DNA from: a virus | Taxonomy: Duplodnaviria; Caudoviricetes | DNA: 64,000 nucleotides | Virus record (IMG/VR): IMGVR_UViG_2890388907_000005 | Location: 16,217-80,216 of that record | Reading direction: 5' to 3' (one strand) | Part shown: one piece after another, positions 1-8,800 of the stretch | How the letters are laid out: each line of letters starts with the position of its first letter | How positions within the stretch are numbered: position 1 is the first letter of the stretch | Position numbers and translations under genes: made by a program | The notes under the pieces: generated by a model | Databases searched by the model: none | What the model saw: only the letters and a program-made list of their open reading frames with translations | Told to the model about the DNA's origin: nothing

Positions 1-1
1 C

Positions 2-796
2 CCTCGCCTCTTCATCGTGGCCTACCGCGCTGGCGTCCGATCAGGACATTCACGGGACGGCGACGGCGAGCGAACTTGCGAGACGCAGCCCCGGCCTGAG
101 CGCAATAGCAGGTTCGTGGCAGACCCCGCGGGTATCGGTCGGCCCCTATACACGGGACCACGGCAACCCGGAGGCGGAGCGCCTGACGTTGCAGGGGCAG
201 GCGATCCAGTGGGCGACGCCGGCGGCGGGCCTGATGAATTACGACGAGCCCCCGGAGACCTTCGCGGCCCGAGGTCAGGCACTGATGCAGCGCGGATTGC
301 CGCGGCAGGGCATCAATCTCGGACAGCAGGCGCAGACATGGCCGACGCCGGCGGCCCGGGACTGGAAGGGCGAGAATGGTGCCGACCACCTGACGAACGG
401 GACCGGCCGGCTGCATCTGGACCAGCTGCCCAACTTCGTCGCCCACTGCTTCACGCCCCCGGTCCAGCGGAAATGGAGATCTGGCGTCGCACCCTCGATC
501 TGGCGCCCGATCTCGCGCCAGCTCTTTCGCTGGGCGATGTCGTCGGTGTCGCCGACGTTGCGGCGCAGATGGTTGCGGCTGGCCGCATGGAGGCGGCGGC
601 GGCTGAACGCCTGGTTCGTCGAATGGCTGATGGGATGGCCGCCCGGTCACGCGCTCTGCGCCTGCTCGGCAACGGAGTTCACCCGCTGGCAGCAGGATAT
701 GCGTGGCGCACTCTCGCGGCTGCCCACGGCCTCCGGCCCGTGGATCTGGGAGCCGCCGGTGGAGCGGGTCGCCCCGGTCCAGATGACCCTTTTTGA
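2..796 (+). CDS. C5-cytosine DNA methyltransferase, 3' part (frame carrying motifs VIII and X); 5'-truncated by the window
   Basis: Frame open from base 2: PRLFIVAYR (motif VIII-like) and RALRLLGNGVHP (motif X-like). Confidence 0.75.
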   Translation, partial: PRLFIVAYRAGVRSGHSRDGDGERTCETQPRPERNSRFVADPAGIGRPLYTGPRQPGGGAPDVAGAGDPVGDAGGGPDELRRAPGDLRGPRSGTDAARIAAAGHQSRTAGADMADAGGPGLEGREWCRPPDERDRPAASGPAAQLRRPLLHAPGPAEMEIWRRTLDLAPDLAPALSLGDVVGVADVAAQMVAAGRMEAAAAERLVRRMADGMAARSRALRLLGNGVHPLAAGYAWRTLAAAHGLRPVDLGAAGGAGRPGPDDPF

Positions 797-809
797 GGAG
801 ACGCTATGA
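3..809 (+). CDS. Overlapping-frame partner of the C5 methyltransferase (WPTP repeats, motif IX-like)
   Basis: Frame open from base 3: WPTA/WQTP/WATP/WPTPAARDWK repeats and RLNAWFVEWLMGWP. Stop overlaps the next ATG (ATGA at 806-809). Confidence 0.75.
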   Translation, partial: LASSSWPTALASDQDIHGTATASELARRSPGLSAIAGSWQTPRVSVGPYTRDHGNPEAERLTLQGQAIQWATPAAGLMNYDEPPETFAARGQALMQRGLPRQGINLGQQAQTWPTPAARDWKGENGADHLTNGTGRLHLDQLPNFVAHCFTPPVQRKWRSGVAPSIWRPISRQLFRWAMSSVSPTLRRRWLRLAAWRRRRLNAWFVEWLMGWPPGHALCACSATEFTRWQQDMRGALSRLPTASGPWIWEPPVERVAPVQMTLFEETL

Positions 810-1375
810 AGTCGATCGCCCCTTACCCGCTGGCATGGCCGGATCATGTCCCGCGCAGCGCCAAGCCCTCGGCGTCACTGTTCAAGACCGGCTTGCCGGC
901 CGCCATCGCCAATGTCGAGAAGAGCCTTGCCGCCTTCGCCGCGGATAGCGGCCAGCGGCTCGCCGACATGGTCATCACCTCGAACGCCGCCCTGGGCCGG
1001 CAGCGCCCCGCAGATCCCGGCATCGCGGTCTGGTTCACCTGGGATGGCGAGTTGCGCTGCATCGCCGTCGATCGCTACGCCAAGATCGAGGACAACCTGC
1101 AGGCCGTGCATCATGTCATCGAGGCGCGCAGGACCGAGTTGCGGCACGCCGGCATCGAGATGGCCAGGGCCTCGTTCCGGGGCTTCGCCGCTGCGTTGCC
1201 GCCGCCCGCGGATGCCACGCCCGCGTGGTGGACGGTGCTGGGCGTGTCGGCCGGTGCCACCTCCGACGAGATTCAGGAGGCATGGCGGGCGAAGGTCCGC
1301 GTCACCCCCGAGGCGGATCGCGGGCCGCTCAACATCGCCCGCGATCAGGGCTTCGCCGCCCGAGGCAGCAAATGA
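806..1375 (+). CDS. Phage protein with degenerate C-terminal J-domain
   Basis: GAGGAG RBS; N-terminal YPLAWP; C-terminal WWTVLGVSAGATSDEIQEAWR...LNIARD; HPD motif absent. Confidence 0.75.
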   Translation: MKSIAPYPLAWPDHVPRSAKPSASLFKTGLPAAIANVEKSLAAFAADSGQRLADMVITSNAALGRQRPADPGIAVWFTWDGELRCIAVDRYAKIEDNLQAVHHVIEARRTELRHAGIEMARASFRGFAAALPPPADATPAWWTVLGVSAGATSDEIQEAWRAKVRVTPEADRGPLNIARDQGFAARGSK

Positions 1376-2346
1376 TGAAACTGCCCTACCACGCCAAGAC
1401 GAACTGCGGATGGGATGCCGTGGTCACCTGCATCGACGCGCCGGGCAATTGTCCGATAGTTGGGGATATCATTAAGCCAGACGGTTCGCGCTGGCCGGTT
1501 TCCTGGGTGGCAGATGGCCGTTGGATTGACGACGACAAAGCCAGCCCCTTCGACCTGATCGACTTCCCGCCGGTTGACCCCGCGCCCGATCCCGCCGTCA
1601 ACACGGATAGCGAAGACCGCATTATCGTCATCAACGGTCAGCAGTTCAGGGTGCCGTATGAGGTAGCCGAGCTGATCGACGGCCTCAAAGACGCCGCCCC
1701 GCAGGAGACAGCGTGGAAGCCGTATCGCTTTGTCCGCGAAGAACCGTGCGGCTGTTCGCATTTCGCCGAATCCGCGAACTGCATCACAGGCGTTGTCACC
1801 TGCCTCTACTGTGGGAAGGTTGTGGCGCGGATAGTGGATAACATCGGCCCGCCCCCCCCCGCCGCTGCGCCCACGGACAACACGGCGCTGGTGGAGGCGC
1901 TTCTTGCCGACCATCGGACCACCTGTCGCATCGCCCGTCTTGACCCCGCGACCACCACGACGACCGCAAGCCGTGCTGCCGCCGCCCTCGCCAGCCGCCC
2001 CGCCGAGGCGACCAGCAGCGAACCGGTGGGGGCGGATATGCCGGAACGCATCTTCGCCTACCCTGACAAGGAATGGACCTTTCACAGGGGGGTTGGGCGC
2101 GGGGTAGAATACATCCGGCCCGCCGAGCGGGACGCGCTGGTCGAGCGCCTGACCGCCGAGCGGGATGCGCTGGTAGTGGCGCTGCAACCGTTCGCCAAGT
2201 GCGCTGATGAGTTGGATATTGAAACGAAAGAGCTTGGCCGGGAGTGGGCGGATGACGAATGGGCGAAGTTCCGGCTCCTGGTATCCGATTATCGGCGCGC
2301 CCGTGCCGCCCTCGCCAAGCTGGACGAGGAGGCGAACCATGGGTGA
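1372..2346 (+). CDS. Hypothetical mosaic phage protein
   Basis: ATG overlaps upstream stop; Cys-rich segment; C-terminal coiled coil. Confidence 0.65.
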   Translation: MMKLPYHAKTNCGWDAVVTCIDAPGNCPIVGDIIKPDGSRWPVSWVADGRWIDDDKASPFDLIDFPPVDPAPDPAVNTDSEDRIIVINGQQFRVPYEVAELIDGLKDAAPQETAWKPYRFVREEPCGCSHFAESANCITGVVTCLYCGKVVARIVDNIGPPPPAAAPTDNTALVEALLADHRTTCRIARLDPATTTTTASRAAAALASRPAEATSSEPVGADMPERIFAYPDKEWTFHRGVGRGVEYIRPAERDALVERLTAERDALVVALQPFAKCADELDIETKELGREWADDEWAKFRLLVSDYRRARAALAKLDEEANHG

Positions 2347-2533
2347 CATGGGAGATTACTTCAACGACCTGAAAAACGACCGCAAGGAGCGCCGCGCGCG
2401 CCTTGGTGTCCCCTGTCCTCGATGTAAGGAGGTGAGGCCGAAAGCGCACCCCTCGATCCTGCTCCCCAACCAGCGCTGCAAGGTGGATGGATACCGCGAC
2501 CCCCGCCACGACGACAGGCAGGAGGGCAAATGA
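2339..2533 (+). CDS. Small Cys-containing (Zn-ribbon-like) phage protein
   Basis: GAGGAGG RBS; MGDMGDYFNDLK...CPRC...C. Confidence 0.7.
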   Translation: MGDMGDYFNDLKNDRKERRARLGVPCPRCKEVRPKAHPSILLPNQRCKVDGYRDPRHDDRQEGK

Positions 2534-2578
2534 TGCTCGATGAATGCGTTCGGCGATCTCCAATGCAGGAGCGGCACG

Positions 2579-3685
2579 ATGGCTGAGAACAGCACGATCG
2601 AATGGACCGACGCGACGTGGAACCCCATCACCGGCTGCACGCTGGTGAGCGAGGGCTGCCGGCACTGCTATGCGGCAGAGCTGGCGACGACGCGCCTTCG
2701 GCACCACCCGAGCCGGGCCGGGCTGGCGCGGCGGAATGCGGCAGGCGAGGCGAAGTTCACCGGCGAGGTCCGGTTCAACGAGCAGTGGCTGGATCAGCCT
2801 CTGCGCTGGCGCCGGCCGCGGCGCGTTTTCGTCTGCGCGCACGGCGACCTCTTCCACGAGTCCGTGCCCGACGAATGGATCGACCGGGTTTTCGCGGTCA
2901 TGGCGCTTTGCCCGCAGCACACGTTTCAGGTGCTGACCAAGCGCCCGGAGAGGATGCGGGAGTATCTGTCATACTCCGCGCGATGGGCAACCGTCCTGCC
3001 GACGGAGCTTCTGGCGAAAGGAACCGAGGCGGCGCATCGTGATCACTGGCCGCTCCCAAACGTCTGGCTCGGCACGTCGATCGAGGATCAGGCCACAGCA
3101 GACGCGCGTATCCCGCACCTGCTGGCCACCCCGGCAGCGGTGCGGTTCCTGAGCGCGGAGCCTCTGCTCGGGCCTGTCGATTTGCGGACCTGGATCGGGT
3201 CGCGGCCTTATGTTGGCGCCTCCACCTTTGGCGCCGCAGACGGCTTCCGGCGGTGCGATCTTTCGGGAAATACCGGCCTACTTGACTGGGTCATCGTCGG
3301 CGGCGAGAGCGGCCGCCACGCGCGCCCGATGCATCCTGACTGGGCGCGGTCCCTGCGCGACCAGTGCGTCGCGGCGGGCGTCCCGTTCTTCTTCAAGCAG
3401 TGGGGCGAGTGGGGGCCGGGGTCTGTCATGACGTCGACCGGCGAACAGGTGTTTCGCACCTTCCCCGACTTCCAGACCTGGATCAACAAGGCGCCGACTT
3501 GGGTCAACGGCGGGGTCTGCCTTGATGCGGCTGGCCGTCACTGCACACGCGGGGCCGATTTCATGCGCGCGCGGGACGAAGGCACGTTCCCCGTTACCGT
3601 CCTTCACCGCATCGGCAAGGCCCGGGCCGGCCGCCACCTCGACAGCCGCCCTTGGGATCAGATGCCGGGGGTGGTCGGATGCTGA
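2579..3685 (+). CDS. Phage Gp37/Gp68 (DUF5131) family protein, radical-SAM-like
   Basis: IEWTDATWNPITGCTLVSEGCRHCYA; FLSAEPLLG; WVIVGGESG; FFFKQWGEW. Confidence 0.92.
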   Translation: MAENSTIEWTDATWNPITGCTLVSEGCRHCYAAELATTRLRHHPSRAGLARRNAAGEAKFTGEVRFNEQWLDQPLRWRRPRRVFVCAHGDLFHESVPDEWIDRVFAVMALCPQHTFQVLTKRPERMREYLSYSARWATVLPTELLAKGTEAAHRDHWPLPNVWLGTSIEDQATADARIPHLLATPAAVRFLSAEPLLGPVDLRTWIGSRPYVGASTFGAADGFRRCDLSGNTGLLDWVIVGGESGRHARPMHPDWARSLRDQCVAAGVPFFFKQWGEWGPGSVMTSTGEQVFRTFPDFQTWINKAPTWVNGGVCLDAAGRHCTRGADFMRARDEGTFPVTVLHRIGKARAGRHLDSRPWDQMPGVVGC

Positions 3686-4188
3686 TCGCCCCGCTGGTCC
3701 ACGTTGAGGCAATTGACCGGCTGACCCTGAATAGGTTGTTGGTCGAGTGGAACCACAAGATGGGGCCGCTAGAGCGACCGAAGTTTGCCTTGGAGGCGAA
3801 CTACGCGCTGTATCATAATGGCGTTTCGGTGGCCGTCATCGCGACCAGTGAGACGGTGCGAGAGGTGGTCGGTCAAACCGGGCTTAGGCGCGACGAGTGC
3901 ATCGAGTTGGCCCGCCTCTGCGCCTGCCGTCCTCACATTTGCCGCGTCATGCTGCGGGTCTGGCGCGAATTCATCTTTCCGCCCCTCGCAGCGGTGCATC
4001 GTCGGCAGGTAGCCGTCAGTTACCAAGACGCTGATTTGCACAACGGCCAAACCTACCGATTTGACGGCTGGACGATGATCGGGCGCGGTGGCGGCGGTGG
4101 CCGCGATGCGCGATCCGGTCGGCTCGGGCGGGATCTGCGTATTTGGGCTTGGGCGATAGACGGCCGCACCTGGGATCAGATGCCGGGG
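3641..4188 (+). repeat. 30-bp direct repeat (3641-3670 and 4159-4188) bracketing the Mom-like gene
   Basis: GACAGCCGCCCTTGGGATCAGATGCCGGGG vs GACGGCCGCACCTGGGATCAGATGCCGGGG, 27/30 identical. Confidence 0.9.
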
Positions 4189-4200
4189 ACGCAGCCATGA
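3679..4200 (+). CDS. Mom/XF1762-like GNAT-fold putative DNA-modification protein
   Basis: IELARLC and VSYQDADLHNGQTYRFDGW resemble the Mom-family E(L/V)xRL and SY-D...H-G-xY-xxx(N/G)W motifs. Confidence 0.7.
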   Translation: MLIAPLVHVEAIDRLTLNRLLVEWNHKMGPLERPKFALEANYALYHNGVSVAVIATSETVREVVGQTGLRRDECIELARLCACRPHICRVMLRVWREFIFPPLAAVHRRQVAVSYQDADLHNGQTYRFDGWTMIGRGGGGGRDARSGRLGRDLRIWAWAIDGRTWDQMPGTQP

Positions 4201-4388
4201 CCATCCGCGAAATCGACGTTCTGAGGGAGGCCGCCGAGATCAAGCAGGTGCTGGCCCGGCTCGGCTGGCGCTACGTATACGGCGGGCCATACCCGGAAAA
4301 CCCAACCCTGCACTTCGTTCAAGACAACCAGCGTCTCCACATCAGCCTGAGCGTAGAGGCGCCTTCTCAGCGGGAAAAAGATGCCTGA
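4197..4388 (+). CDS. Hypothetical protein
   Basis: ATGA coupling upstream and overlap with the next start. Confidence 0.55.
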   Translation: MTIREIDVLREAAEIKQVLARLGWRYVYGGPYPENPTLHFVQDNQRLHISLSVEAPSQREKDA

Positions 4389-4665
4389 CCGCATCCAACT
4401 CCGCCGCACCAAGGGCTGGCGCATGCCGCCCAACACCGTGAAGGTGGACCGCTCGACGCGATGGGGAAACCCCTATCAGGCCGGTGCCGATGGCGACGGC
4501 AGCCGGGACTATCTGGTCGGGCTCTACCGCGACTACCTCGCCCGCCCCGAGCAAGCCGCACTCGTCGATGCGATCCGGCGCGAGCTGCGCGGCAAGAACC
4601 TCGCCTGCTGGTGCCCCCACGGCCCCTGTCATGGCGACGTGCTGCTGGAGATCGCAAATGGCTGA
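4381..4665 (+). CDS. DUF4326 family protein
   Basis: RIQLRRTKGWRMP, VDRSTRWGNPY, LRGKNLACWC...CHGDVLLEIAN. Confidence 0.9.
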   Translation: MPDRIQLRRTKGWRMPPNTVKVDRSTRWGNPYQAGADGDGSRDYLVGLYRDYLARPEQAALVDAIRRELRGKNLACWCPHGPCHGDVLLEIANG

Positions 4666-4885
4666 CCGGCTGCGATGCTGCATCCCGTTCTGCCGGCGAA
4701 CCCACCACAACCGCGAGGGGTTCGGCGAGTGGATCTGCCAGAAGCATTGGTCAGCGGTCCCCAAGGCCATGCGCCGGGCCTATGCCAGCGCCAAGCGGCG
4801 CCGGAAGCCAGGCGAAGCGATCAGCCGCATCTGGGCGCGCTGCCGGCGCGCCGCAGCCGATCAGGCGATGATGTGGCCGAGATGA
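4658..4885 (+). CDS. Small Cys/His phage protein
   Basis: GGAG RBS; CCIPFCRRT...ICQKHW. Confidence 0.65.
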   Translation: MADRLRCCIPFCRRTHHNREGFGEWICQKHWSAVPKAMRRAYASAKRRRKPGEAISRIWARCRRAAADQAMMWPR

Positions 4886-4903
4886 TGGCAGAGGGGAAAA
4901 CCT

Positions 4904-5161
4904 GTGGCTGAACAGATCCCGGGAACCCTCTCCGTCGAACAGGCCGCCATCCTCGACCTGCTCGACCGGCTCACCGCGACGCAGCTGGAACTGGACCAGG
5001 TCAAGCTGCAGGCCAGCGCCATGGAGGCCCGGCTGACCCGCCTGGAACTGCAGGCCCGCGGAGATCGGCGGCGAGACTCCGCGCGGCGGGCATGTCAGCA
5101 TGGTAAATCCGCGGCGGGCGCCAACTCTCGCTGCTCGACCGCGACCGAGGTGCAGAAGTGA
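4904..5161 (+). CDS. Hypothetical coiled-coil protein
   Basis: GAGGGG RBS; GTGA coupling to the next gene. Confidence 0.5.
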   Translation: MAEQIPGTLSVEQAAILDLLDRLTATQLELDQVKLQASAMEARLTRLELQARGDRRRDSARRACQHGKSAAGANSRCSTATEVQK

Positions 5162-5790
5162 CCGACGCCTTGACCACTACCTACGCCGAGATTTGCCGGT
5201 CACAGCTGCGCCCCAGCAGCATCAAGCGGTTGCTCAGGCATGTCGGCAAAACCCCGGCGGAGATGCGTCTCGTTTCGACGCTGCCGCTCCTCGCCGTGCT
5301 GGACAGCAACGGCAGCCACGACGCCCTGCAGGTTCTGGATTGCACCGCGGGCCATGGCCACATTCGACGGCTGATCGCATCCGATTTCGTCGAGCGGGCG
5401 CTTCCGCATTTTCTCGCCATGCGACCAGAGGACGGCCGCCCGGCCGCCGCGATCCGCGTGGCGCGCGATCGAGACGCCACCGACGAAGATCGGGATCTCG
5501 CGCTGGCCGCCCTGGAAGAAGCCGAAGATGACATCATGCCCGTCCGTCTGGTCGCCTCGAAGGACAATGCCCCGGCCACCGCCGCGGTCTCTGTGGTCGA
5601 TGCAGCCAGATCGGCCGTCATGGCCGACGCGCTGGATGCCTCCGCAGATGCGGCCTGGGCCATCTCCTGGACCGCGCCGGCCGAGGTGCGCCGTGTGAAA
5701 TGGCAGGCCGAACGCACCGCGCAGGCCGGCCGCCTGCGCCAATACCTGATCCACGGCGAGGCAGCGCAGCACCTGCCTTGGGAGGCGTGA
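5158..5790 (+). CDS. Helical phage protein with Imm5-like segment
   Basis: ERALPHF...PEDGRPAAAIRVAR pattern; Ala-rich C-terminus. Confidence 0.6.
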   Translation: MTDALTTTYAEICRSQLRPSSIKRLLRHVGKTPAEMRLVSTLPLLAVLDSNGSHDALQVLDCTAGHGHIRRLIASDFVERALPHFLAMRPEDGRPAAAIRVARDRDATDEDRDLALAALEEAEDDIMPVRLVASKDNAPATAAVSVVDAARSAVMADALDASADAAWAISWTAPAEVRRVKWQAERTAQAGRLRQYLIHGEAAQHLPWEA

Positions 5791-5805
5791 CGGCGCCGCA
5801 GGGTC

Positions 5806-5835
5806 ACCGCCCACCCGCCGGAGCGGATGGGCGGT
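5806..5835. terminator. Stem-loop between convergent transcription units
   Basis: ACCGCCCACCCGC-CGGA-GCGGATGGGCGGT, 13-bp stem with one mismatch; no U-tract. Confidence 0.55.
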
Positions 5836-5842
5836 CCTGACA

Positions 5843-8800
5843 TCAGACGTCCGTGAACGTGCCGCCTGCGGCGACGAAGGCGCCGCCCCGTCCCTTGTTC
5901 GCCAGCCCGTTGTTCCAGTCGCTGGCGGGGCCGGAGAAGAAGCACAGCGGCCTCTTGCCATTGCCGCCCTTGCCCCAGGCGCCGAGCAGCTGCGGGCTCG
6001 CGAAGACCGCGCGCTTCGCCGGATCGCTGAAGTCGATATAGCTGTCGTCGAAATAGATGTAGTCGGTCTCGCCCGGCAGTTGGCCGGAGTCGTTGGTCTG
6101 TCCCAGCACCCCGATGTTGTGGGTGGTCGAATATTTCAGCGGGGTGTTGTTGACATAGGCGCTGGTGCTGATCCGGCTGACGTCATTGACGTAGAGATGC
6201 TTGGCCCCCGTCGCGCCGTCCCAAGCCGACAGGACCAGCATCTCGCCCTTGGCGGTGTTGAAGTCTCCGGCCCCGGCTTGGGTGATCAGCATGGCGACGG
6301 CACCCGCAGCATCGGTCATCTGGATCTTGAGACCGTTCATGTTCGAGAATTCCATCTGGATGTGACGGGTGCCCGCGGTATTCGTCACGAACATCTCCCG
6401 GAAGGTGCCATCCCCGCCCGTCAGCTTGATCTTGCCGGCGAAGGCGCCGGCGACGCCATCTTCAGCACCCAGCATGCCGCCGAAGCGCTGGATCCGCGGG
6501 GTCGCGAAGACGCCCGAACCGGGCGCAGTCTCCACCCGCGCATGCGCGACCCGGGAGAAGGCCAGGGGCGCCGGCGGCTCGACCTCCTCCGGCACCGAGA
6601 CCGCGGTGGTCGTGTGCGTCGCGGAGTCGGAGGCATTGGTCGCGGTGACCGCGCAGGCGATCGAGGCGCCCCCGTCCGTGGTGCGGTTGGTTACATAGGT
6701 CTTCGCGGTCGCCCCAGCGATGGGCGACCCGTTCCTCAGCCACTGATAGGTGTAGTTGGGCGCGGGATAGCCGGTGCAGTAGCCGACACCGGCCGACAGG
6801 GTCATCTCGCCGTCGATCATTTCGCCCGGATCGAGCGCGGCACCCGCAGGCGCCCAGACCGGGTAGTCCCAATCGGGATAGATCCGCTTGTGGACAGCGG
6901 GGTTCACGACGAAGACGGGGGCCGCAGCCGCTCCCGTGCCGGTGGGGGTGCGCTTGCCTCGGTCCTGGCCCGAGGTGATCGGCGTGTTGTAGGGGTGGCT
7001 CTCCGACCAGGCCCCTTCGCCGGCCGCATTGACCAGACGGATCGCGCACCAGTGCGGGGCACCGCGCAACAGCCCGCCCTTGGAGCCCGCGGCGGGCACG
7101 TCGATTTCTTCGACATGCTGGACCCCGTCGAGACTGTAGCGCACGTCCACGCGCGTGACGGGCAGCGTCGAATACTGGTAGGCGGACACATCCCAGCCGA
7201 TGGCGCCATCTGCAGGCGTCGAGAAGAGATCGTCGTTGTAGCTGCCCGAGGTGCCGATCTGCATCAGCTGCATCGGGCGCCCGGTCCATTGCTCATGGCC
7301 GGTGATGTTCAGCACCGCCTCATACAGGTCGCGCCAGTCGTCGCCCAGCGGGTAGACGCTGCCGAGGTCGGGGATGAACACATCGGCCTGCGCGAGATAG
7401 GCGAGGCTTGCGGCGCGGTCGTTGGTGGTGTCGAAGGGGCCATCAAGGATCGCCTCGATCCCGTCGATCCCGCCCGGGCCGGCCTGCAGCAGCATCACCG
7501 GCATGTGTTCCCACGCCGTGATGTTCAGACCGATGGTGGTGTAGCGGGTGAGCGACGAACTGATGACGGTGGGGACCACAAACGGTTGATCCACATGCTC
7601 GGGCAGGAAGGTCTGCGCGGAGACGGTATCTCCGAACACGGCCTGGCCGACATTGGCCTCCTTCGCCCAGAACCCGGTATGGACCATGTTCGTCGCGGTG
7701 GTGCGGGCGATTTCCAGCAGGTCCGCATCGCCCAAAAGAAACGCGGCGGCATAGAGCCACGGGCTGAGCCCGCCTGACTGGCCTGCACCCTCGCCCACCT
7801 TCGCGTCGTCGTTCCAGCCGCGTTCGCGCAACCCTTTCAGGTGGATGCCGAACCTGATGATCGTGTCGACGATCATCTGCCGTTCAGCCGGCGTCGTTGT
7901 GACATCATGGGCCAGCGCAATGAACTTGGCATGCCAGTGCGCGAGGCCCGCCGAGTAATTGTCGCTGCCGATCGACAACTCGGTGCGGAACCGCCGCCGC
8001 GCCTCGCCGCCGCGTCCCCAGACCGAGATATGCTCCGGGATTCGGCTGAAGACAGCGGCCTTCTGATCGGTGATGCTCGCGGGCAGCGCCACAGAGCGCA
8101 GCACCGACATATTGACGTCCGAGCGCCGGACCAGGGTCTTGTCGAGACCGGATGCGGACGGCGGATAGGCGTCGGCCGGGGGGACCGCATCGAGGACATG
8201 GACGCGGATGTATTTGCCGATGGTCTGCCACTGGTTGGGGTCGGTGACGCCGGCGAGACGGATCGACTTGACGATGCTCTCGCCCACGGTCAGCGGATAG
8301 GGCACCCCCGTGTAGTCCGGGTCCGGATTGAGCGTCATGTCTGCAGGCGTGTGCGCCACCGACAGGCCAGGGCCAGTGTTGACGCCGAGATACCCGTCGA
8401 AGGCCTGTTTGCCGCCAATCGTGGCGATCGCCGGGTTGACCATCGCGCCATTGCCGATATGCCCGTCCCCGTTGAGATCGCCGGACGGCGCGGTGCCGCC
8501 CGCGACCCACGAAACGGAGCCCTGCGGCACCACCCACCAATCATCGCCCCCGGTCACAAATTGCCCGACCAGCGCGGGCGCGCTCAACGGGAAGACGCCG
8601 TCGTCATCCACATAGTTGCGCAAGACGCTGGCGGCGGGACCGGTGCCCGCAGGAATGACTGGCCCCAGCAGGTTCGAGGTTGCCGTGACCGGCCCACCCG
8701 CATTGGTGGCGATAACGCGGGCGGTGATGTTGGCGCCGAGATCCGCGCCGGTCACCGTGTAGGTGAGCGCCTTGGCTCCGGGGATCGCTGCACCATTGCG

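Noticed and set aside
1852-1860. C9 homopolymer as a phase-variation tract
   Set aside because: The frame is intact (poly-Pro linker) and such runs are plausible at this GC content.
1-5842. Left prophage boundary (second att site)
   Set aside because: No copy of the tRNA-Ser 3' end seen, and phage-type genes continue to base 1. An adjacent second element cannot be excluded.
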